From Candidatus Latescibacterota bacterium (GTDB taxonomy: Bacteria > Latescibacterota > UBA2968 > GCA-2709665), in contig OZ244744.1 of assembly GCA_965219455.1 (NCBI GenBank), forward strand, positions 2,880,001 to 2,944,000: a DNA stretch of 64,000 nt. The letters are read 5' to 3'. The notes under the pieces are model-generated. The model ran no database searches. It was given only the letters and a program-made list of their open reading frames with translations, and was not told the origin of the DNA. Of this stretch, positions 29,678 to 39,419 are shown in pieces; positions within the stretch are counted from its first letter, which is position 1, and every line of letters begins with the position of its first letter. The translations under genes were made by a program, and so were the position numbers.

Positions 29678-32059
29678 ATGGCTTCTGCCTTCCTATGTCT
29701 CGGATTCTTTCTCGTGGCGCCGATTGCCGCCGGCAAGAAGCACGTTGCCGATAGGATCTATGAGACGGCGATGGAGCGGATTGAAAGTGTTACAGTTGCG
29801 GATAGTATAAGGGCCTTCCGGCGAGTATTGAAGGCAGACCGGAACTACGCGCCGGCCCATTACGAAATCGCGAAGCTGTATCTGTCCCTTGACACGCCTA
29901 TGGATCGAGAAAGCGCAATGAAGGCGGTCAAAGAGGCCATTCTCCTGGATCGAGACAATGTGAGCTATCGACTGATGAAGGCGGATATCTTGTGGGCGCA
30001 GGGATCCTGGTACAATGCGGTAAACGAGTACAAGAAAGTGCTGAAGCTCGATCCCAAAAACGCAAAGGCGGCCTACATGATCGGGCACCATGGAATCAAG
30101 AACTTCATGAAATATAACGATAAGTTCATGATGAACGGGATATCGGGATTCAGCAGGAGAGAACATACACGAACCAGACACTCGTGGAGCTTTTTTGGCA
30201 TCGAGGAACTGGATGAAGCCGTCAGGTACCTGAAGGCGTGTATCGAGGCGGACCCTCAGTTCAAGGATGCGTACTTTCAACTGGGGCTCGCCTGCTATGA
30301 AGCAAATCGGCCTGACGAATTGATACGGGTGGCAAACCTGCTGATAAAGCGCGTCCCTGAGGACAAGGATGCGCTGCTCTTCTGCGGACTCGGATATCAG
30401 GCTTTAGGCGACGAAACATCGGCGCATGGATTCTATACGCGGGCGCTTCAGAGAATGGCGCCGGCTGAGCGGGCAATGATGGAATCGGTAGAGGCAATTA
30501 TGCCGGACGTGGAGCGTGCGAAGCTGGACGACCTTCCTCGTGAACCGGAGGCTGTCGGAGGCACGGATCAACCCTGGGTAGATAGTGTCGAGCGAGTTCG
30601 GTTCTGGCGGCGCAAGGATCCCCTGTTTCTGACGGAATTCAACGAACGCCGCATGGAGCATTACGGCCGGGTCGCTTATGCAAATTTAAGGTTCAGCCGA
30701 CCCTCGAAGGGCATTGAGGGCTGGAGGACGGATATGGGCAAAGCCTATATCAAACTGGGACGTTATCTCGACCGACGGATGCAACGGCCGACAATATTAT
30801 CGACCATCCCGATAGACAAGCCCAGCACCTTCGGAAGATCTCTGCCAGGAGGGAGGATACCATGGAATCTGACGATGCAGAAGGAGACATGGTTTTATGA
30901 GGGATTTCGGGTTGATTTTCAGATATCGGATGGATTCCACGGCTTCTCTCCAACTCGTTTGCCGGATCGACCGCGGTATGTCGATCCCTATGGTCGGAAG
31001 AAATACAGCGTGCCACAACAGGTCGCAAGCTTCAAGGACGGGGACAGTCTCCGCGTGGAACTGGCGTATGCGCTGCCCAAATACAATGTGACCGTATCTG
31101 ATTCGGACAAGAGCATTGCCCTGGAGAACGGCGTATTCCTGTTCAACGAGCACTGGGACGAGGTGTATCGGAAGACGTCGGATCTCAAACTGAGGTGGCC
31201 AGATATAACGCCCAGCGGATATCCTGTTGTGGACAGATTGCGGAATAGTCATCTGGTGTTTCAACTCGCGTTCGGGCTTTCCCCCGGCGCCTACCATCTG
31301 GTGGGCGAGGTGCGGGACCGGAAGCAGGGATCAATCGGGACGTTTCGGCAGCACCGTGAATTCGCGGCGATGGATTCTTCGCTGTCGATGAGCGATCTGT
31401 TGCTGGCCGCGCGGATTGAAACCCTGACGCCATTTCCGGAGGGTCGGTCGGATCTGGACATTGTGGCGAATCCGCTGAGGACCTACCATCGGTCCGAACC
31501 CGCGTTCATCTACCTGGAAGTGTATAACCTGGAGCGGGACGAATTCGGACGCACGGAGTACGAGATCGCGTATCGGATCGGCCGCCCGGAGCAGAAGAAG
31601 ATCGATCCGCACCTGTTCGTGGCGCAACGGTTGCCCGAAGGGGGTAAGCAATTGGAGGTGACTCGCAAGCAAGGGAGACGGGCCCGGGAAATGGGCCGGC
31701 GAGCACGGCTGCCGGCAGATGATGATGAGGATTCGACGGGCGTCCTCAATACCAGCCGAGACGTGAGCCCAGACCTTTTCGAACGTGGACGAGAAGAGGT
31801 GGTTACGTACCGGGTGAGGTATGTGTTTCCGAATGAGGATGAACTTGCCAGCCGGATCAAGAAGATGGGCAAGAACAAAGACGGGGTGGAGACGACGATC
31901 ACGGCGCGGTATGAGGGGGACCGCGAGGATGATTTCACGTATCTGCAGATCGACCTGAGTCACGTGCCTGCCGGCGTGCACCGCCTATCGGTGCGGGTCA
32001 GGGACGTGCATAACGATCAGGTTGTTTCACGCCACGCGTTGTTCCGCGTGATCGAGTGA
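29678..32059 (+). CDS. TPR + GWxTD-domain exported protein, subfamily B (B3); start uncertain (29519-29678)
   Basis: Very close paralogue of B2; GWRTDMGKAYIKLG; same C-terminus (VVSRHALFRVIE). Confidence 0.85.
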   Translation: MASAFLCLGFFLVAPIAAGKKHVADRIYETAMERIESVTVADSIRAFRRVLKADRNYAPAHYEIAKLYLSLDTPMDRESAMKAVKEAILLDRDNVSYRLMKADILWAQGSWYNAVNEYKKVLKLDPKNAKAAYMIGHHGIKNFMKYNDKFMMNGISGFSRREHTRTRHSWSFFGIEELDEAVRYLKACIEADPQFKDAYFQLGLACYEANRPDELIRVANLLIKRVPEDKDALLFCGLGYQALGDETSAHGFYTRALQRMAPAERAMMESVEAIMPDVERAKLDDLPREPEAVGGTDQPWVDSVERVRFWRRKDPLFLTEFNERRMEHYGRVAYANLRFSRPSKGIEGWRTDMGKAYIKLGRYLDRRMQRPTILSTIPIDKPSTFGRSLPGGRIPWNLTMQKETWFYEGFRVDFQISDGFHGFSPTRLPDRPRYVDPYGRKKYSVPQQVASFKDGDSLRVELAYALPKYNVTVSDSDKSIALENGVFLFNEHWDEVYRKTSDLKLRWPDITPSGYPVVDRLRNSHLVFQLAFGLSPGAYHLVGEVRDRKQGSIGTFRQHREFAAMDSSLSMSDLLLAARIETLTPFPEGRSDLDIVANPLRTYHRSEPAFIYLEVYNLERDEFGRTEYEIAYRIGRPEQKKIDPHLFVAQRLPEGGKQLEVTRKQGRRAREMGRRARLPADDDEDSTGVLNTSRDVSPDLFERGREEVVTYRVRYVFPNEDELASRIKKMGKNKDGVETTITARYEGDREDDFTYLQIDLSHVPAGVHRLSVRVRDVHNDQVVSRHALFRVIE

Positions 32060-32148
32060 ACAGGGAGGCACCAGCGGGAAGCGCCACAAGCGGTTGTTGA
32101 AAGAAGATCGATAGATTACACGGTTCGGAATAAGCCGGAGAACATACC

Positions 32149-33237
32149 ATGCCAGCCAAATCTGTGACTATGCTTTTTCTTGCCATAAGCTTCTGGGCCT
32201 GCGGCGGAATTCCGCCTACACCCTCGGAACCGCCCGCCGACCTGAACGGTTTTGAATTTGCCGGAACCATGACCACGACCCGCTTTTTTCACACGTCTAC
32301 GTTGCTGAAAGACGGGCGGGTGCTGATCACGGGCGGATATGAAACGGACCGCCCTGGGCATTCATCCGCGGAGTTCAGCCACGCTACGGCGGAGTTGTTC
32401 GATCCGGCAATCGGAAACTCGACAGCCACGGGAAGCATGTCGCAAGGCCGCACACAGGACACGGCAGTCCTGCTGCAGGATGGTCGCGTCCTGGTAAAGG
32501 GTACCCAACTCTATCCCCCGGAGATCTACGACCCACAATCCGAAAGGTTCGCAGTCCTGGCGGACGCGCCCGAATTGAGGAGGGGTGTGGCGCTCACGAT
32601 TCTTTCGACAGGAGACATTTTTACGACCGATGCGCAGGGCAACACGGGCATTATCGATCCCGAAACCTGGAGATTCACGTCCACAGGCAAGATGATCACG
32701 CCTCGATCCGCCCATACGGCCACCCTTCTTCGAGATGGCCGCGTTCTCATCGCTGGAGGATTCAATGAAGGCGGCCTGGTCAAAGGATCTGAAATCTACG
32801 ACCCCTCGTCCAATTCCTTTACCGAAACCGGCGAATTAAACGACAAACGGTGGCAGCACGAGGCAATGCGTCTCCAGAACGGAAGGGTGTTAATCATCGG
32901 CGGGCGCAAGGGCGATATCAACACGGAAGACGCACAGTACGTGGCGACGGCCGAAATGTTCGATCCCGCAACAGGCATGTTCTCGCCGACGGGCGACACG
33001 GGACTGACATCCATCCATACCGCTTTTCTGTTGTCCAGCGGAAAGGTGTTTCTTCTGTCTGGCCGAGACGTGGCGATTTACGATCCGGCCACAGGCGCCG
33101 CCGCACGAACGGGACACAGCATCGGTCAGAATCGACTTGCATATACCATTACGCCACTGAATGACGGCCGGATTATGTTTTTCGGCGGTCTAAAGGACCT
33201 GGTATCGACAGATGAAGTCTTGATCTATTCGCCTTAG
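32149..33237 (+). CDS. Kelch-repeat lipoprotein K2
   Basis: RBS GGAGA; lipobox-like FWACGG; Kelch repeats. Confidence 0.87.
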   Translation: MPAKSVTMLFLAISFWACGGIPPTPSEPPADLNGFEFAGTMTTTRFFHTSTLLKDGRVLITGGYETDRPGHSSAEFSHATAELFDPAIGNSTATGSMSQGRTQDTAVLLQDGRVLVKGTQLYPPEIYDPQSERFAVLADAPELRRGVALTILSTGDIFTTDAQGNTGIIDPETWRFTSTGKMITPRSAHTATLLRDGRVLIAGGFNEGGLVKGSEIYDPSSNSFTETGELNDKRWQHEAMRLQNGRVLIIGGRKGDINTEDAQYVATAEMFDPATGMFSPTGDTGLTSIHTAFLLSSGKVFLLSGRDVAIYDPATGAAARTGHSIGQNRLAYTITPLNDGRIMFFGGLKDLVSTDEVLIYSP

Positions 33238-33269
33238 GATCGTTCGCCCCACGCGGTCGTTCGGAGGAA

Positions 33270-33790
33270 GCGGCAAGGCTGAGGATGTCTCCGCGCAAAA
33301 GTGTTACCGTGGGTTTCCGGCTTAAGGACAACCGAACAGACGGGAGATTCTTCGACTCCGCTCAGAATGACATGCTTTGCAATGACCATTGGCGAAATCT
33401 GTCTGCCAGGTATCGGCACAAACTGTCATCCTGAGGAGGCCGCCAGGCCGACGAAGGATCTACTGCGGCATTGGACCATCCCCGCGCGATTTGCGCGTGC
33501 GGATACCTGAGAGGCAGCACGTCCGCCCCTGCGTAGAACACAAGCGACGGGAGATTCTTCGGTTGCGCTCAGAATGACATGTTTTGCAATAGCCATAAGC
33601 GAAATGTTTCGGTCATACCTGCGCCAATACTGTCATCCTGAGGAGGCCGCCAGGCCGACGAAGGATCTACTGCGGCATCGGTTCACAATAGCGTGATCTG
33701 CACGTGACCCGAGCCGGACAGGCGGCACGTCTGCCTCCTGCACAACACAAGCCGCGAGAGATTCCTCGACCGCGCTCAGAATGACAGATT
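33270..33790. repeat. Tandem 207-bp-period array of alternating inverted REP-like units (BIME-like)
   Basis: GAGATTCYTCG..CGCTCAGAATGACA at 33344, 33551 and 33758; GTCATCCTGAGGAGGCCGCCAGGCCGACGAAGGATCT at 33425 and 33632. Confidence 0.85.
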
Positions 33791-33954
33791 GGCCGAACAC
33801 GATCCGCAAAGCCATTGCACCGTCGCACAAAATCGCATATCTTGCTCAATCCGAAGGAGGTACGGTGAGACGACGGAATACGAGGGTACACGTCTTCCCG
33901 GCCTGGAACAACAATCGGCGTTCAATCGCTATTTGCCGGAAGAGGATTGACGAC

Positions 33955-36900
33955 ATGAGACCAGGTGGCGAATTTGCGCGTGTGAAACAACGGGCATTGA
34001 TTCTGTTTTTGGCCGCGACTATTTCCGCATTCTATCCACTCAAGGATCTCAATGCGGAAGTTCGTCAAACCACGATATCTAATTCCAGCGACGGCCATAC
34101 CGCGTGGGCTATCGGGTTGGAAACGGGTTCCTCTGCCATTACTGAAATCTGGGTCGAGACCGGGGGAAGCCCGCCTCGCCATCTCGGAACCTTTCCAGGG
34201 CGCCCCGGGCGGCTGGCGTGGGTTGCGCGCGGGGAACGACTTCGCTATCGGGATACCCCATTGAGAGTCCCGGTGCATTGTCTTACCATGGTGCCGAAGC
34301 GATCCGTACCGCTGGTTCTATCCACTGTCTGGGAAGTCTCGATCCGCGACGGATCCATCACACGATTGTCCGAAACCATCGACGTCGAACCGGGAACGCC
34401 GTCGGATACGGCGACCGGAGGCGCGCCGCGCCCGAGTCCGCCGGCCAAGGCGTTGCTGTGGAGCGTCGCGACCGCGTACAACGCATCGGCCCTGGCTTAC
34501 AACACCGTACACCGCTGGGAATTTCGATCGGCAGTGGACCGCTACCGTAAAGCCGCCCGGGCATGGGCGGCCCTGCCCGTGCGATTCAAAAAGCACGGGC
34601 TCTACGAGCAGCCGGTCCTGTCCTACGCAAGGTCCCTGGCCGCAACGGCCAGGAAAGCCGCAGCAACATCCGGCGCCCGCTGGGTCTGCCGGGACCATCT
34701 GACCGTTATCGGTGACGTCCTTCACGCCTATGAACGGGCCCATGAAAACCAGCGGCCGTCCGACCTGGATACACTCAAAAACTGGATTGAAACCCATACG
34801 CTGACGCCGGCGGACTCGATTGTCATGAAAACGTTGTTTCGCTCAGCGGTGGATCCTGAAAAAGGCCGCCGGTTCAGCTACGCGCACGGATACCGTCCGG
34901 AAGCCGAGGGCGGCGAAGCCGTTGTCACCAGCTATTTCCACGACGGTCACCTGGTTGAATCCGTCCGCAGCGGCGCGGGCTACCGTACCGTCGACCGGCG
35001 CGTGGGTAAGACGCAGATCGACTCCCTCCTCACCCTCGGTATTGAACTCACCCCGCTCGAGCCGCTCCGGGCAATCTCGACACTGGAAATCCTGGCCGGT
35101 GTCGCGCCGGATTACGCCCGCGGGCACAGCAGGCTGGGGTTCGCCTACCTGGAGGTCGGGAGGCTCGTCCGCGCCATTAAAGCCCTGGAACGCGCGATCG
35201 AATGCGACCACACACTGGCCGAGGCCTACTACGGCCTGGGTCTCACCTTCCGCAAATGGCCCAGAGGGTCGTACGACGCCATCCGCTACTTCCAGAAAGC
35301 CCTCCGGTACGACCGGAACCACGTGGAAGCCCGGTTCAATATTGCCGACATACGGTACAAACTGGATGAACACGACGTACGGCGGGAAATCAAAAAAGTG
35401 CTGGCAATAGACCCCCGCTACGCCCCCGCCTATCTGCTGATGGGGAAATGGGTCGAGGAATTCGAGAAAGACTACGAAAAAGCCGCGCTCTACTATGCTC
35501 AATATATGGGCTTGCGACCGGGAGATCCGGAAGGGCGGAAGCGGCTGGGATCGATTTACCTCAGAACGAAGGACTACGGCCGTATCCTGGAAGTATTGGA
35601 GGATTACGCCGTGCAGAATCCGGATGACGACCAAGTCTTGCCGATCCTCGCACAGGCCTGCATGAAACTGGAGGCTTACGACAGGGCGGCCGCCTTTTTC
35701 AGAGACTACCTCGAAGGGGCCGACAATGCCGAGAAGGCGCACTACCTCGATATCCGGCTGGTGGCGCCTCGGGAGACCCTGGCGGCCTTTGAACAGACCC
35801 CGCCGGAAGAGAGACTCGCGTTTGTGGAGAAGTTCTGGGCGGACCAGGACCCGGACCTGACCACCGCCGCCAACGAACGCCTTTTGGAGCATTATCGGCG
35901 CGTGTCGTACGCCACGCAGAATTTCTCGGAAGGCAGGCAGCCCTGGGACCAGCGGGGCGAAGTCTATATCCGGTTCGGCGAACCCGACCACCGGTCCACC
36001 TCGAAAGAGTTGAACTTTCAGCAGTCCCTCGCGGTTCAGCGGGTCAAGGAACGCCTTTCAAGGGCGCTCTACGGGGCCGCCCGCCCGCCGCGCCGCGGTA
36101 TCGGCCTGCGCGGCGCCAGCGCAACGTTCGTAGGTCCGGTCTACCCCGTGCGCAGCCTGCGCGGCAGGGGAAGAGGTGGGTCCTACAGACCGGTCACCGC
36201 GACGTACGACGGCTCGATGGTCCCGTGGGAGACGTGGACTTACGTCGACGTAGGCAGCGGCATCGAGATGACCTTCACGGATGAATTTCACAACGGCACG
36301 TTCAACTATGCGCCTGCGCCGCTGGATGCCCGTATTCCCGCCCGCCGGCTGGCTATGTTTACCCGCTACATGCCCGAAAACGTCTACGGCATGGCCGTGG
36401 CGGCGCAGCCGAACTACTATGTGCCGCCCAAAAACACGTTGCCAATGGAATTCTATTTCAACTCGGCCGATTTCAGGAGCGAAAGGGATTACGCAACGGC
36501 GCTGGAAGTCTACGTGGGGATACCGCGTCACCAGGGACACTATCTGAACGACGACGACCGGACGGAGATAAAGGTCGACAGGACCGTGGCACTGCGGAAT
36601 CCGACAACCGGAGCGGTCTACCGGAGCGAGGATAAGGTATATTTCGAGGCGAAAGGGGACGTGACCGGGGAACGGAGCGCGTTCGTGCCGGACCTCGCCC
36701 GCATGGACGTGCCCCCGGGGCTCTATCGGATGGAAGTTAAAATAAAGGATCATCTATCCGTACAGCAAGGGCGGTATCGGCAGGACGTTGAGATCGAGTC
36801 CTATGACCGGAAGAGCCTGCAGGTGAGCGACCTGGAACTGGCATGGCGAATTTCCAGGAGCAGGAACGAGGATAAGTTCAACAAAGGCAAGCTGTGGGTC

Positions 36901-37260
36901 ATACCGATGCCTACGCGCACCTACAGGGTAGGCCAGAATGTATTCGTCTATTACGAAATCTACAACCTGACACAGGACGAATTCGGGCATACGAACTACC
37001 AGGTATCCTATACCGTCACGTCAGATGACAAACCCGGCCCACTCGGTATCATCTCCAGCCTGATCCGGTGGAGGAGAGGGAAACAGGAAGAACTGGAAGT
37101 TACCTACGAACTGAAGGGCGTGGACACCCAGGAAGTGGAATACGTGGAACTCAAACTGGCGAACCGCCCTGCAGGCAAGTACGCCCTGAACGTAACCGTT
37201 ATCGATATGAAGAGCGGTGAAATGGCCCAGAAAAAGGGCAGTTTTATCCTCGCGCAGTAG
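33955..37260 (+). CDS. Large TPR + GWxTD-domain exported protein, subfamily C (C2)
   Basis: RBS AGAGGA, ATG 33955; signal peptide; TPRs; FWADQDPDLTTAANE..PWDQRGEVYIRFGEPD. Confidence 0.85.
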   Translation: MRPGGEFARVKQRALILFLAATISAFYPLKDLNAEVRQTTISNSSDGHTAWAIGLETGSSAITEIWVETGGSPPRHLGTFPGRPGRLAWVARGERLRYRDTPLRVPVHCLTMVPKRSVPLVLSTVWEVSIRDGSITRLSETIDVEPGTPSDTATGGAPRPSPPAKALLWSVATAYNASALAYNTVHRWEFRSAVDRYRKAARAWAALPVRFKKHGLYEQPVLSYARSLAATARKAAATSGARWVCRDHLTVIGDVLHAYERAHENQRPSDLDTLKNWIETHTLTPADSIVMKTLFRSAVDPEKGRRFSYAHGYRPEAEGGEAVVTSYFHDGHLVESVRSGAGYRTVDRRVGKTQIDSLLTLGIELTPLEPLRAISTLEILAGVAPDYARGHSRLGFAYLEVGRLVRAIKALERAIECDHTLAEAYYGLGLTFRKWPRGSYDAIRYFQKALRYDRNHVEARFNIADIRYKLDEHDVRREIKKVLAIDPRYAPAYLLMGKWVEEFEKDYEKAALYYAQYMGLRPGDPEGRKRLGSIYLRTKDYGRILEVLEDYAVQNPDDDQVLPILAQACMKLEAYDRAAAFFRDYLEGADNAEKAHYLDIRLVAPRETLAAFEQTPPEERLAFVEKFWADQDPDLTTAANERLLEHYRRVSYATQNFSEGRQPWDQRGEVYIRFGEPDHRSTSKELNFQQSLAVQRVKERLSRALYGAARPPRRGIGLRGASATFVGPVYPVRSLRGRGRGGSYRPVTATYDGSMVPWETWTYVDVGSGIEMTFTDEFHNGTFNYAPAPLDARIPARRLAMFTRYMPENVYGMAVAAQPNYYVPPKNTLPMEFYFNSADFRSERDYATALEVYVGIPRHQGHYLNDDDRTEIKVDRTVALRNPTTGAVYRSEDKVYFEAKGDVTGERSAFVPDLARMDVPPGLYRMEVKIKDHLSVQQGRYRQDVEIESYDRKSLQVSDLELAWRISRSRNEDKFNKGKLWVIPMPTRTYRVGQNVFVYYEIYNLTQDEFGHTNYQVSYTVTSDDKPGPLGIISSLIRWRRGKQEELEVTYELKGVDTQEVEYVELKLANRPAGKYALNVTVIDMKSGEMAQKKGSFILAQ

Positions 37261-37419
37261 GGTCTTGCCCTGAAGTCTTCCCGATGCCATCCTGGGTGCG
37301 GAGATCCGTCAATAAACGGATGACCCCGCGGCAAGAGATGGCGGCGATCCGGCTGGTGTCTGAGGGGAAATCCCGCTAACTGTCTGAACAACCAACAACT
37401 CTTTGCCGGACGAGAAGAT

Positions 37420-39390
37420 TTGGAACACAAAATTTACGCCTTTGGCATGGACGGCTTTATCGTCCCGATGATGAAGCGATTCGCCGCGGAAGGAGCCTTG
37501 CCTCACTTCGAGCGCCTGCTGCGCGAGGGTGCGGTCAACCAGACCCTGCCCTCTTTCCCGGTGTGGACCCCGACGAACTGGGCCACCCTTTCAACGGGGG
37601 CGCACACGGGCACGCACGGGGTGACGCGCTGGAGGGTGGAAGTCGCGCCGGGCCAGCGGATCGACAGTTTCGACGGGCGGGCCAACAATGCCGAGCGCAT
37701 ATGGAATGCGCTGGAGCGGGCGGGCATGCAGAGCGTAGCCGTACACTATCCGGCCGCCCATCCTTCCGGGGTGGAGACGGGCTTTGTCGTGGACGGCTTT
37801 GGCCACCCCGGACACCGCAGCACGGATTTTGAAGTGGCTACCTGCCAGGCCTATACCACGGACGCTGCGCTGGAGGAAGCCATCGAGATGGACCACGATG
37901 GCACGGCGGTGCGGCAAGCCCAGCGCAGCGTCGAGCCGATTCCGCCGCTGACACCGGCTCAGGATTGGCGGCACTTGCCCGGGAGCATGGCCCCGCCGCT
38001 GGAGAGTTGCCTTGAGGTGGTCGCCCGGTTGGGAGGGGATGTCTCCGCGTTCTACTTGCTGGTCGTGGACAGTGCCGGAAGAGGCTACGACCGGGTGCTG
38101 GTGTGCCGGGACCGGGACGGGGCCAGTTGCATCGCTGTTGCCGGCGTGGGGGAATGGAGCGAGTGGGCGGTGGAGGACTTTGCCATCGACGGGAACAAAC
38201 GCCCGGCATCGCTGCGTTTCAAGCTGATGGACCTGGCCGCGGACGGCAGCCGGCTCAAGCTCTACCGCACCCAGGTGACTTATACCGATGGCTTCACTCT
38301 GCCCGACGAGTTGGCCGGGGAACTGGTGGACCGCTTTGGTCCGTATCAGGAACACGCTTCCATGTTGCCGTATACCACAGGGATGGCCGATTTTGACACG
38401 GCCCTGGAAGAATGCGAGTACCAGGGGACGTGGTTTGCCGAGGTCGCCCGCTACATGCTGCGCGAGCGGGGCTGTTCCTTTTTTATCTGCCATTGGCATC
38501 TATACGATTACCTCAACCACATCCACTTCGGGGACGTGGATCCTGTATGCCCGGGGTACGACGCTGAGCGCGCCGAGCAGTACGTGGACTACTTTCGGCG
38601 GGCTTATCAGGTGGGGGACCGCATTTTGGGACGGCTGTGGGAGGACGCGGATGAGCATACGTACGTGGGCGTGGTGTCCGACCACGGGTGCTCGCCCGAC
38701 GTGCGGGTGGCCAATATCCGGCAATTTTTGCACGAGCAGGGCTTTCTGGCGCTCAAAGGCGGCGGGGAAGAGGCCTTGTTGCGAGATCAGGTGCGCGAGG
38801 AGGATATCGACTGGGAACGCACCCGGGCCTATCTCAAGGACGACAAGGGGTTCGACATTTTCATCAACGCCGAACCGGGACCGGAATTCGACCGGATTGA
38901 GGCCGAGTTGCTGTTGGCCCTGCGCACGTGGGTTGACCGGGAAGTGGGTCGCAATCCAGTGGCCGTAGCCCTGCCTCGGCGGGACGCGTACATCCTCGGA
39001 CAGTGGGGAGACCAATGCGGCGACGTGGTCTTTGCCTGGGACCACGGGTACGTGAGCGGGTACTACGGACAGTGGCGGGGCATTGCGGGCGGGGGTTGCG
39101 TTGGAGCGCCCAATGTGTTCGGGGCGCACCACGGGGGTTTTCTGCCGACCCAAAGTGAGGCCTCATCCAGCTTTGGTTCGTGGTTGCTGGCCGGGCCGGG
39201 CGTGAAGCGAGGCTACGAACGGCGGGTGGACAAACTGGGATACATCCACGCCGTCGACGTCGTGCCGACCTTCTGCCGGATCCTGGGGGCCGAGCCGCCT
39301 CGCCAGGCGCAGGGAACGGTGGCGCGGGATCTGTTTGAAGGGTACGAAATGGTGCGGGAGCGGACGTCCGTCCGTGGTGTTCGTTCGTAA
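37420..39390 (+). CDS. Alkaline phosphatase superfamily (nucleotide pyrophosphatase/phosphodiesterase-type) protein
   Basis: FGMDG, PVWTPTNWATLSTG (Thr nucleophile), YDYLNH, VSDHG, GAHH, DVVPT; no signal peptide. Confidence 0.85.
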   Translation: MEHKIYAFGMDGFIVPMMKRFAAEGALPHFERLLREGAVNQTLPSFPVWTPTNWATLSTGAHTGTHGVTRWRVEVAPGQRIDSFDGRANNAERIWNALERAGMQSVAVHYPAAHPSGVETGFVVDGFGHPGHRSTDFEVATCQAYTTDAALEEAIEMDHDGTAVRQAQRSVEPIPPLTPAQDWRHLPGSMAPPLESCLEVVARLGGDVSAFYLLVVDSAGRGYDRVLVCRDRDGASCIAVAGVGEWSEWAVEDFAIDGNKRPASLRFKLMDLAADGSRLKLYRTQVTYTDGFTLPDELAGELVDRFGPYQEHASMLPYTTGMADFDTALEECEYQGTWFAEVARYMLRERGCSFFICHWHLYDYLNHIHFGDVDPVCPGYDAERAEQYVDYFRRAYQVGDRILGRLWEDADEHTYVGVVSDHGCSPDVRVANIRQFLHEQGFLALKGGGEEALLRDQVREEDIDWERTRAYLKDDKGFDIFINAEPGPEFDRIEAELLLALRTWVDREVGRNPVAVALPRRDAYILGQWGDQCGDVVFAWDHGYVSGYYGQWRGIAGGGCVGAPNVFGAHHGGFLPTQSEASSSFGSWLLAGPGVKRGYERRVDKLGYIHAVDVVPTFCRILGAEPPRQAQGTVARDLFEGYEMVRERTSVRGVRS

Positions 39391-39419
39391 TTCGAGTCAT
39401 TGACGACTCGGGAGATACT

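Noticed and set aside
33270-33790. CRISPR array
   Set aside because: The 207-bp period consists of alternating inverted units with mutually similar linkers, which fits REP/BIME organisation.
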